A stretch of DNA of 44,002 nucleotides. It comes from a virus. The stretch is taken from UHGV virus genome UHGV-1377823; one strand, given 5' to 3'. This document shows positions 28,280-35,362 of this stretch, in pieces (within the stretch, counting starts at the first letter, position 1; each line of letters begins with the position of its first letter). Under the pieces are notes generated by a model. It saw nothing but the letters and a program-made list of their open reading frames with translations. It was not told the origin of the DNA and ran no database searches. A program made the position numbers and the translations under genes.

Positions 28280-28692
28280 TGCGTAACCTGGTCGCTGGGT
28301 TACTGCTAGCAGTTATGCTCTCTGGTTGCTCAGCGACCTCTGCACTGACTGGACTCATCGGCTCTAAGCCGGACGTGTCTGCTCAGGTGGGGGCCGAGAA
28401 CACCAAGCAAACTGTTGGCCTCAATAACAAGGTGGACACCAGCACCACCAACAAAACAGACATTCAAGATTCTACCGTAGGTTCTCTGGATACCTCAAGT
28501 AAAAAGCAAGTCCAGACTATCAGCACGGGGACTATTACTGCTGATAAACTACAGGTAGTTAACAATGACAGCAGCAGCTTAATTTTAGCAGCAGCAGTAG
28601 GCGCAGCTATTCCTATCTTGATTCTAGTGATTGTGCTACTGTTCCGCAGATTCTCTCGCGGTAAGGATAAGGTTTATGATTCGACTCTCTGA
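28279..28692 (+). CDS. putative unimolecular spanin (outer-membrane lipoprotein with C-terminal TMD)
   Basis: N-terminal signal with lipobox LSGC (MRNLVAGLLLAVMLSGC), and a Ser/Thr/Asn-rich periplasmic region. A single C-terminal TMD LILAAAVGAAIPILILVIVLLF is followed by RRFSRGKDK. This architecture resembles the T1 gp11 u-spanin. No Rz/Rz1 pair was detected. Confidence 0.55.
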   Translation: MRNLVAGLLLAVMLSGCSATSALTGLIGSKPDVSAQVGAENTKQTVGLNNKVDTSTTNKTDIQDSTVGSLDTSSKKQVQTISTGTITADKLQVVNNDSSSLILAAAVGAAIPILILVIVLLFRRFSRGKDKVYDSTL

Positions 28693-28924
28693 TGTACCTG
28701 CTGACCTGGCTACTCGGGCAGGTGTAATGGCTACAGGGGTAGCTACGAGCGGCGGTTGGTTAGCAGAGATTATGTCCTGGAACTGGAGCGCTATCAGCTT
28801 CATTACAGCAACAATCTGCGCTATCCTTACCGCTGCATGGAATGCTTATATTGGACACAAGCGCCTGAGGCTTCAGGAGGAGGCTGTACGTAAAGGTATC
28901 CCATTCTATGAGATTAAGAAATAA
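28676..28924 (+). CDS. holin (probable pinholin, 2 TMD)
   Basis: 82 aa. TMD1 is weakly hydrophobic and Gly/Ala/Thr-rich (AGVMATGVATSGGWLAEIM, SAR-like); TMD2 is AISFITATICAILTAAWNAYI; the C-terminus is charged. Overlaps spanin end and endolysin start. Confidence 0.55.
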   Translation: MIRLSDVPADLATRAGVMATGVATSGGWLAEIMSWNWSAISFITATICAILTAAWNAYIGHKRLRLQEEAVRKGIPFYEIKK

Positions 28925-29450
28925 GATTATAGGTGCCCTTGCCGGGGCATCTCTCCTGGGCGGAGGCATCACCACCGTAATCCAGAACAATGAAGGGTAT
29001 AGTAGCACTGCTTATCGAGATAGCGCTGGAGTACCTACAATCTGCTACGGTGAGACCAAGGGCGTTCAGATGGGCCAGAAACGCTCTCTAAGCGATTGTC
29101 AGAAGCAATTGATACAGTCAGCAGGGGAACATGCCAAAGCGCTTGTAGGGCTTCCTGAGTCGATTCCTGACGTGGTTCTGCTGGGTAGCCTGGATATGGC
29201 TTATAACGTAGGTGTATCTGGGTTCTCAAATAGTGCAGTGAAGCGTAAGCTGGCACAAGCAGATTACCAGGCAGCAGGCCAAGCTGTGCTGCAATGGAAG
29301 TACATTACCCTGAACGGTAAGGAGTATGATTGCAGCATCAAAGGAAACAAGGTCTGCTATGGCTTGTGGAAGCGCAGGCTCTGGCAGAGCAAGGCAATTG
29401 GTAATGAATTTAAATCAGTGCAGGAAGCTGTAGCAGCCCTGCCAAAGTAA
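28908..29450 (+). CDS. SAR endolysin (T4-type lysozyme, GH24)
   Basis: N-terminal SAR-like segment IIGALAGASLLGGGITTVI followed by the catalytic triad E-8aa-D-5aa-T (EGYSSTAYRDSAGVPT). This is the architecture reported for the phiKMV, P1 and phage 21 SAR endolysins. Confidence 0.85.
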   Translation: MRLRNKIIGALAGASLLGGGITTVIQNNEGYSSTAYRDSAGVPTICYGETKGVQMGQKRSLSDCQKQLIQSAGEHAKALVGLPESIPDVVLLGSLDMAYNVGVSGFSNSAVKRKLAQADYQAAGQAVLQWKYITLNGKEYDCSIKGNKVCYGLWKRRLWQSKAIGNEFKSVQEAVAALPK

Positions 29451-29460
29451 GGAGCAAGTA

Positions 29461-31170
29461 ATGTCTTTAGTAGACTTAACAGTAGCACGGCACCCGGTTG
29501 TAGATACGGGTAGCCAGACGATTACTACGATAGCTGCCTTGCGCACTACCGAGCCTAGCTCAGATAGGCAACGTGTTACGCTTCTGGAGCATACCGCAGG
29601 AACCCGTAAAGGTGGTGGCCAGTTCCGCGCCGTTTTGGCAGGTTCGTCATACACCGACAATAATGGCACCGTCATTAAAACGCCAGGCGGCGCGGCATGG
29701 GTTCGTATAAACGCCGATATCGTGAACCCGTTGATGTTTGGAGCTTTAGGCGATGGAGCGACAAATGACAGTGTTGCACTTAACCGTGCGGGTACATATG
29801 CTACTCGTGTGATTGACCTGTTAGGGCTTACATATGGCGTAGGATCAACATGGTATTTAGAAGCTACAACCCCAAAAGTTGTTAAAAATGGGGGTTTAAA
29901 ATATCTAACAGCTCTGGGCACGGGGCCAATGATGCGTTATAAAAACGCGGCCCATGAGATGTATAATGTGGATTTTGACGGGGGCGGCAGCACTACATCC
30001 ACAGGGCTTATCTGGGAGGGTGGGAACGCCCTTCGCGGGGTTCGCGGCGGTGTAGTTCAGGACTGTAGTTTCCGCTACACAGGTGGTTCGGGTATTGCCG
30101 TTTCTTATGACGGAGCTAATAATACCGTTGGTTCCTTTGGTGTGATTAAAAGAGTTACCTTCAATCATTGTGGCCTTACTGGCGTGGGTAATGGCCGTTG
30201 TTGCCTTCTGCTGGACGGTGTTAGTAACTTCACGGTCTCGGACATTGTGGGTATAGACTGCAACTGGGGTATTTATGTCCGCAACGACTTTAATAATCCT
30301 TTATTGTCTCGTGCGACAAACAATACAATTTCCCGTGTCAATCTTAAAGGGCAGGGACTGAACAGCACGGCATATCCAGATGCTCAGGGTATTTCCTGTT
30401 CTTATCAGGATAACCTACAAATTACTGATGTTACAGTGGATGGCTTCCCAGGTAATGGTATTGATATGCAATACTGCGACGCGAGTATAGTCACGAACTG
30501 GAGAGCTACTGCTTGCGGTGATGGTGTCTTTATGGGTGACAGGGCGTGTCGTAGGCACACTATCAGCAATGGCATTGCTATTGACTGTAACCGCGCTATC
30601 CGTCTTATCACCGACGGCGGCTCCTTCATAATGAACTCTGTGGTGCCAGCTCTTGCGCATATTAAAATTACCAACGTTCATGCGTACAATTCCAGACGCC
30701 AGGCTTTTTACCTTGTTAACTCTGGTAGAGCCGCATATGGGTCTTCTATGACTAATGTGCAATTAGATAACTGCTCGGTGGACGGTACAGGGTCTCTCTC
30801 CCTAACCACTCATACGCATGGATTCCATATAGAGGGTGGCGTTAACGTAACGCTTATGAACTGTAACACCTTCAACATTCGGCAACACGGGGTCTATGTC
30901 AAAGATAGTGAGTTTGTCCGTATATTGGGCGGGGCGCACCAAAACGTAGACCAGGTTGGCGCTGGGAACCAGGGTGTTTATGTATCCTCCGATTGTAACC
31001 GCGTTAGCGTCTCTGATGTGTCTGTCTACGGTTTCGCTACTGCTGGTGCAGTTACTTTAGCTGGTGGGTCTGGACATTCAGCTAAACATATTCGCTGGCG
31101 TAGTATTGCCAGCGGCGTAACATCAAGTGGGGCTTCCTCCCCTTATCTGTTCGATAACCAGTCGTTCTAA
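29461..31170 (+). CDS. tailspike / capsule depolymerase (pectate-lyase-like right-handed beta-helix)
   Basis: FGALGDGATNDSVAL is typical of the pectate lyase/tailspike beta-helix superfamily. Repeated G-x-N/D beta-helix rungs follow. 569 aa, with no T7 gp17-like N-terminal anchor. Located after the lysis genes at the genome right end. Confidence 0.85.
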   Translation: MSLVDLTVARHPVVDTGSQTITTIAALRTTEPSSDRQRVTLLEHTAGTRKGGGQFRAVLAGSSYTDNNGTVIKTPGGAAWVRINADIVNPLMFGALGDGATNDSVALNRAGTYATRVIDLLGLTYGVGSTWYLEATTPKVVKNGGLKYLTALGTGPMMRYKNAAHEMYNVDFDGGGSTTSTGLIWEGGNALRGVRGGVVQDCSFRYTGGSGIAVSYDGANNTVGSFGVIKRVTFNHCGLTGVGNGRCCLLLDGVSNFTVSDIVGIDCNWGIYVRNDFNNPLLSRATNNTISRVNLKGQGLNSTAYPDAQGISCSYQDNLQITDVTVDGFPGNGIDMQYCDASIVTNWRATACGDGVFMGDRACRRHTISNGIAIDCNRAIRLITDGGSFIMNSVVPALAHIKITNVHAYNSRRQAFYLVNSGRAAYGSSMTNVQLDNCSVDGTGSLSLTTHTHGFHIEGGVNVTLMNCNTFNIRQHGVYVKDSEFVRILGGAHQNVDQVGAGNQGVYVSSDCNRVSVSDVSVYGFATAGAVTLAGGSGHSAKHIRWRSIASGVTSSGASSPYLFDNQSF

Positions 31171-31290
31171 CCAGAGCTTCTAACCAGTCGCTCTAAGGAT
31201 AGCCTTGGGGATAGCTTAGGGAGTGCTAGTAGGGGATGCTGGTGTATACTTGCTCCCTAAAAATATTATACTTACTAATTGGAGATATCT

Positions 31291-31740
31291 ATGAACGTTA
31301 AATATGATACAAACTCCGCCAGCGGTCTGACCTGGTTAACTGGTAGACGCGCTGGTGCTGTAGCAGGAACCCTGAACGCTAAGGGCTACTGGGTTGTGCA
31401 GATGCAAGGCAAGAAGATGCAAGTGCATCGTATTATCTGGGAGATGCTGAATGGGCCTATACCAGATGATAAAGTGATTGACCACATAAACCAGAACCCT
31501 GCTGATAACCGCATTGAGAACCTGCGCCTAGCCAGTGTCAGCGATAACAACTGCAATGCTAGACGTGATAGCCGAGAGTATCCTCGTGGGGTATACTATA
31601 CAGGTTCATGCTGGCGCGGAGAGTTCTGGAAGGATGGCAAGCGCTATATGCGAAAGCACAGCTCATACGAAGTAATCTGCCAGTGGGTTCTCAGTGAACG
31701 CGCTAGGCTTCACGGGGAGTTTATCCCTGAGCAGGTGTAA
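31291..31740 (+). CDS. HNH homing endonuclease (HNH_3 + AP2-like)
   Basis: IDHINQNPADNRIENLRLASVSDNNCNA matches the HNH_3 motif. It is a paralogue of the HNH at 40064-40534. ATG 31291 has a GGAGA SD 5 nt upstream. Embedded in the GATAGC repeat array. Confidence 0.8.
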   Translation: MNVKYDTNSASGLTWLTGRRAGAVAGTLNAKGYWVVQMQGKKMQVHRIIWEMLNGPIPDDKVIDHINQNPADNRIENLRLASVSDNNCNARRDSREYPRGVYYTGSCWRGEFWKDGKRYMRKHSSYEVICQWVLSERARLHGEFIPEQV

Positions 31741-31773
31741 ACCTGTTAGTCAAAAATGATATACTTGTGTCAG

Positions 31774-31864
31774 CCTCACCCTCACCCTCACCGCCCCTCG
31801 TTTCCCCCATAGGGGGTGCCTCAGCCAGAACTATGGCCTGGGTGGGGTGGGGGCCTGGGCCTGT
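31774..31864 (+). repeat. (CCTCAC)x3 - CCCCCATAGGGGG palindrome - G-tract run (GGTGGGGTGGGGGCCTGGGCCTG)
   Basis: Three tandem CCTCAC hexamers at 31774-31791. A perfect 5+3+5 palindrome at 31804-31816. A run of five G-tracts at 31836-31864. The C-rich to G-rich strand switch gives G-quadruplex potential on both strands. Confidence 0.6.
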
Positions 31865-32198
31865 TCAGGGATAGCCTGGGGCCTCTACGAGGCTCTGGGA
31901 GCTTCTCTAAGCGCTTCTACCGGATAGCCTATAGGATTGCATAGGGATAGCCCTGTGATAGCCTTAGCGTGGCTCTGGTTGGCTCTGAGTGATAGCTCTG
32001 AGTAGCTCTGTGTGGTAGCGGAGGTGGGCGCAGGCTTACCTCTTTTCGTCCTCTATGTGTGCCTAGAGATAGCTTAGGGATAGCTGTAGAATCCTCACGT
32101 ACAGGCCGGAGATAGCTATTGGATAGCTCCAGTGTTAGCCGGTAATGGGTATAGCTAGAAGCTAGAGGTTGCATGATAAGGTATGCTGACTGTATGCA

Positions 32199-32227
32199 TT
32201 GACTAGGTATGACCATACTGCTACTAT
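32199..32227 (+). promoter_or_regulatory. candidate sigma70 promoter TTGACT-17-TACTAT
   Basis: -35 TTGACT at 32199-32204, a 17-nt spacer, and -10 TACTAT at 32222-32227, in an AT-rich region 170 nt upstream of the 32397 gene. Confidence 0.4.
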
Positions 32228-32396
32228 TGGTCATAGCTACTGTATATACTGAGTGCATACTGAGTATATAGCTATATAGAGTTGGTCACAGCTAATGGTA
32301 GTTGATGGGGTGTAACCATAGGTCACACCTCTGTAAGTACAGGGAATATAAGGAGTTGTTTGATTGAGTATAAATCAGTTAATAGAGGGTTTAAGT

Positions 32397-33095
32397 ATGA
32401 GTGTTCACAGCTACAGTACAGGTTTCGGTACACAGTCTGTTACGCTGAATGTACAGAGCCTGGTGGATACACTGGATAAATCCGGTTCGAGGCAGCAGCT
32501 GGTACAAACAGCGCTTAAGGCTGCCAGGGCACTGAGTAATGAACTGTACGGTGAAAGGAATATACTGAAGTGCATGCAGCTTGTGCTGGCTGCTATAGAT
32601 ACAGAGCGGTATCGTTCCGGTACAGAGGTTATCGATGCTGTACTGGATGCTGATACCGCGAAGTGGTTCAAAGCGTACCGGGTTACTCCGGCTCTGCAAG
32701 CACTGTTACCTGCTGGAGTATCAGCAGGGCGTTGTAAGGCTGCGGTTAACGCAGTGTTTAAGCTACAGGGCGGTACAGTAGCTGGTAGTAAGGCTGGTAA
32801 CGTTGTAGCTGCTGCGGATGGCTCTTACAGCGTTGATACAGTAGACCTCTGCGTAGAGTTATATGACCGAGGGTTAAGTGCCGAGGATATTCGGTTCATG
32901 CTACAGCATTATGGCTACAGTCTCACCGAGTGGGAGGTACTGGAGATACTTAATCGTGAGTGCGGCTACCTGGAGAAGTTTATCTATATAGGTAACGGAG
33001 AGGTAGTGCACGCTCAGTGCAGTAGCCTGGAAGGTCTGGAGCAGTGGCAGGACGTGGTGGTAGCTGCTGAGCAGCGTAAATGGCGGGGGATGTAA
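32397..33095 (+). CDS. hypothetical protein (232 aa)
   Basis: ATG with an AGAGGG SD 7 nt upstream. The track's 32364 start uses an alternative codon. No recognisable domain. Confidence 0.6.
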   Translation: MSVHSYSTGFGTQSVTLNVQSLVDTLDKSGSRQQLVQTALKAARALSNELYGERNILKCMQLVLAAIDTERYRSGTEVIDAVLDADTAKWFKAYRVTPALQALLPAGVSAGRCKAAVNAVFKLQGGTVAGSKAGNVVAAADGSYSVDTVDLCVELYDRGLSAEDIRFMLQHYGYSLTEWEVLEILNRECGYLEKFIYIGNGEVVHAQCSSLEGLEQWQDVVVAAEQRKWRGM

Positions 33096-33277
33096 TGCGA
33101 ACTTATGAGGTAGTAGACTTTGCGGTTGGTGCAGTAGATTATGAGTGGGGCTTGAATCTTTGTGGTAGAGAGTTTGATGAACTGACTGCTGCTGTAGAGC
33201 GTAAAGTCTCAGCGGGGCACACGCTCTGCGAGGATTTGATTCTGGATACATTGATGAAGCTTAGAGAGAGGGTTTAA
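33095..33277 (+). CDS. hypothetical small acidic protein (60 aa)
   Basis: ATG overlaps the upstream TAA (TAATG), so the two genes are translationally coupled. Confidence 0.45.
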   Translation: MRTYEVVDFAVGAVDYEWGLNLCGREFDELTAAVERKVSAGHTLCEDLILDTLMKLRERV

Positions 33278-33290
33278 GCGGTGGGAGAGA

Positions 33291-33323
33291 GGGAAGCGCT
33301 ATACAGCTAGTGCTTCCCTTTTT
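33291..33323 (+). terminator. rho-independent terminator
   Basis: GGGAAGC(GCT)-loop-(AGT)GCTTCCC stem followed by TTTTTG. Lies directly after the 33277 stop and before the early promoters. Confidence 0.65.
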
Positions 33324-33353
33324 GCTTAATAGAGAATTATTTTAAATTAAGTG

Positions 33354-33382
33354 TTGACATTCTGAATCAGGACTAGTAGAGT
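33354..33382 (+). promoter_or_regulatory. strong sigma70 early promoter (TTGACA-17-TAGAGT) with AT-rich UP element
   Basis: Consensus -35 TTGACA at 33354-33359, a 17-nt spacer, and -10 TAGAGT at 33377-33382. Upstream is AATAGAGAATTATTTTAAATTAAGTG (UP-element-like). Analogous to the T7 A1 promoter. Confidence 0.6.
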
Positions 33383-33578
33383 TAGACACATCGAGAGGCA
33401 AGGAGCCGCCCGGTAACGGGGAGTAGCGCCAGGGCATACGAAACCTGGATAATCGATAAGCAGGGTAAGAGATTAAGGTATTACTCCTCCGCGAAACCCT
33501 CGAAAGAGACCAGCTAGCGGGAACCTGGAAGAGGTTCGATAACTGGAAGTGACCGACATCACTGCGAAGAAACAGAGC

Positions 33579-33607
33579 TTGACAAGTACAGCAAAACGCA
33601 GTAACTT
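33579..33607 (+). promoter_or_regulatory. second sigma70 early promoter (TTGACA-17-TAACTT)
   Basis: Consensus -35 TTGACA at 33579-33584, a 17-nt spacer, and -10 TAACTT at 33602-33607. Confidence 0.5.
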
Positions 33608-33851
33608 AGATAGCAAGCAAGACAAGTTCACGAGTACGAAGTAAGTCGGGAGCCGTTACAAGGATTGTAGCAAGCGCGACTATAAATATCTGCGGGCTGG
33701 CGTGCTGAGAGACTGCGCCTTTATAGAAGAGTCTCGAACGTTGTAGAGCGTCCACGGTTATGCAGTGGGAATCTACACTAAGACACGCTGTACAAGGCGT
33801 GACCTTAGTTAAGCACCCTCTCTGTGAGGATGCAGAATTAAGGGGTATATC

Positions 33852-34022
33852 ATGAAGAAGATTAAAATTGGGTCATACGTACTGGTTAAGCACGAGTATA
33901 AATACACATCCCCTGTGAGCTTACATCGTACTCACACAGTAATCGACGTTCGCGGCGCAGAGTTACTTTTAAAGGGGTGCACTGATTATCTCCCGTTGAG
34001 CATGTTCGAACTCCACCGATAG
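33852..34022 (+). CDS. first early ORF, hypothetical (56 aa)
   Basis: ATG with an AAGGGG SD. Translation is MKKIKIGSYVLVKHEYKYTSPVSLHRTHTVIDVRGAELLLKGCTDYLPLSMFELHR. Below the ORF-track size cutoff. Confidence 0.4.
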   Translation: MKKIKIGSYVLVKHEYKYTSPVSLHRTHTVIDVRGAELLLKGCTDYLPLSMFELHR

Positions 34023-34031
34023 GGACGTGTT

Positions 34032-34268
34032 ATGGGCTACTTAAAACTCTGTAAGAAGCGCGAGCAGTCAATCAAAGCACTGGTAGCTGCTGCGCAGACT
34101 CCGGAAGGCTCTGAGGAGCGCAAGCGCCTTAAGAAGCTTCAGACCTTTGAGGCTACTGACCGGGCAAGACCGCAGGGCTTCAGTACGAACGTACGCAGTA
34201 TCGGTAATAAGACCGATAGCAAGATTAACAGCTACTACGCGGCTAAGAGCCGTACACCTAAATTCTAA
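34032..34268 (+). CDS. hypothetical basic early protein (78 aa)
   Basis: ATG ORF; Lys/Arg-rich. Confidence 0.5.
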   Translation: MGYLKLCKKREQSIKALVAAAQTPEGSEERKRLKKLQTFEATDRARPQGFSTNVRSIGNKTDSKINSYYAAKSRTPKF

Positions 34269-34280
34269 GAGGAAACAATC

Positions 34281-34511
34281 ATGGCTAAATATAACGGACA
34301 CAAAAACTGGAATCACTGGAATGTATCTCTGTGGATTAACAACGATGAGGGGCTGTATCGCTTAGCTGTGGAGCAGGTTGAGAAGTGCCGGACCCGTGAG
34401 CGCGCAGCGGAGAATATTGTGCATGAGCTTGCTAGTGCAGGCATTACTCACACCTCAGACGGTGCCCCTTACTCTAAATCAGCAGTTCGCGCTGCTCTGG
34501 TAGGTATGTGA
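34281..34511 (+). CDS. hypothetical early protein (76 aa)
   Basis: ATG with an AGAGGAAA SD. Confidence 0.5.
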   Translation: MAKYNGHKNWNHWNVSLWINNDEGLYRLAVEQVEKCRTRERAAENIVHELASAGITHTSDGAPYSKSAVRAALVGM

Positions 34512-34609
34512 TGGAGTGGTGCACGGAGTTCTACGTATTCTTCTTCCTGGTGTTAATGCCAGCATGGTTCTGGTTAGTATCTCCAACCTCTAAAGGTGGC
34601 AAGAAATGA
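34511..34609 (+). CDS. small hydrophobic membrane peptide (32 aa)
   Basis: MEWCTEFYVFFFLVLMPAWFWLVSPTSKGGKK. Both its start and its stop overlap neighbouring genes in ATGA fashion (TGATG and ATGA). Confidence 0.35.
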   Translation: MEWCTEFYVFFFLVLMPAWFWLVSPTSKGGKK

Positions 34610-34845
34610 TTCAGACAATTACTATCGCGGTTAAGTCCGCTGTGCTGCTGCTTAGCAGCAACGTAGCAGAGCCTATCCTGTATTGCACCGTAGAAGTCAC
34701 AGGGCAGCCCGGCTATGAGCTTTATGAGGCCCCAGAAGGTGGTTGCAAGGGCTTAGGCAAGCGCCTGCTACAGAGCTTCCAGGGCGCTTATCCTGATAAG
34801 CCTGTACTGCTTATCGTTGACGGTAAATCCAACCAGGGGATTTAA
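34606..34845 (+). CDS. hypothetical early protein (79 aa)
   Basis: ATG ORF coupled to the upstream peptide. Confidence 0.5.
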   Translation: MIQTITIAVKSAVLLLSSNVAEPILYCTVEVTGQPGYELYEAPEGGCKGLGKRLLQSFQGAYPDKPVLLIVDGKSNQGI

Positions 34846-34846
34846 T

Positions 34847-34993
34847 ATGTTAACCTACTGCGGGGTGCTAATTCTTTTGGCTGGGTTCTATGCTTTTACG
34901 CGTGGCTGCTGGGTTGGCGGTGGCTGGCTGTTTGCTTGGGTAGGGGTTGCGCTTGTGTATATCCTAACCGCCATGACCATTTTAAATATTTGA
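34847..34993 (+). CDS. small 2-TMD membrane protein (48 aa)
   Basis: MLTYCGVLILLAGFYAFTRGCWVGGGWLFAWVGVALVYILTAMTILNI, starting 2 nt after the upstream stop. Confidence 0.4.
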   Translation: MLTYCGVLILLAGFYAFTRGCWVGGGWLFAWVGVALVYILTAMTILNI

Positions 34994-35001
34994 GGTGCAA
35001 G

Positions 35002-35172
35002 ATGAACAACCAGACAGTTGAGACAGAGTGCAAGCGCGAAGCAGATATGTTCGCGCTGTTCCAGTTCCTGATGAAGCGGCCTGATTTGGCTGCGAACGAG
35101 GACAAGGGCGGCGACGAGGTACGCGCCGCTACTAACGCTAACTTTTACAGAGGGCTTGGTGATGCGATTTAA
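35002..35172 (+). CDS. hypothetical early protein (56 aa)
   Basis: ATG 35002 with a GAGGTG SD. The track ORF starts at 34936 with an alternative codon. Confidence 0.45.
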   Translation: MNNQTVETECKREADMFALFQFLMKRPDLAANEDKGGDEVRAATNANFYRGLGDAI

Positions 35173-35362
35173 GATTAAGGTTAACTATGCAGATACTACT
35201 CAGACGCATTGGTGGTCTGAGCCTGATGGTTCGGTGCCTTGCGAGAGCGATGCTACGGTGTACACCCCTGCGCAGGTAATAGACAAAACCAAGTCTAGCT
35301 GGTTCAACGAGGACCGGGACGCCGGGCGCGATTGCTGGTTATCCCTGAAGCTGGTGCCATAA
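35156..35362 (+). CDS. hypothetical early protein
   Basis: GTG 35156 or ATG 35162 (MRFKIKVNYADTTQTHWW...); Trp-rich. Confidence 0.45.
   Translation: MVMRFKIKVNYADTTQTHWWSEPDGSVPCESDATVYTPAQVIDKTKSSWFNEDRDAGRDCWLSLKLVP

Larger units (their letters stand above)
31190..32160 (+). repeat. array of short GATAGC(C/T) direct repeats
   Basis: GATAGC occurs at 31198, 31210, 31870, 31923, 31946, 31957, 31991, 32068, 32079, 32111 and 32122, with partial TAGC copies nearby. One further copy at 31567 lies inside the HNH ORF. The exact 13-mer GATAGCTTAGGGA occurs at 31210 and 32068. About 0.2 copies of GATAGC would be expected by chance in this span. Confidence 0.7.

Noticed and set aside
32228-32300. 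TATACTGAGT direct repeats and TATATA runs (32240-32275) as a further promoter or operator
   Set aside because: The spacing to any -35 element is wrong for sigma70. It could be an operator or IHF-like site, but there is no evidence beyond AT-richness.
31741-33350. CRISPR array, integrase or attachment site in the repeat-rich region
   Set aside because: The repeats are 6-13 bp and irregularly spaced, with no 25-40 bp repeat/spacer periodicity. No recombinase gene is present, and the phage looks strictly virulent.
33480-33560. GGTTCGATAAC (T-loop-like) in the early leader, and other intergenic regions checked for tRNA genes
   Set aside because: There is no complementary T-stem, acceptor stem or anticodon arm around it. 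No cloverleaf could be built anywhere in the non-coding regions.
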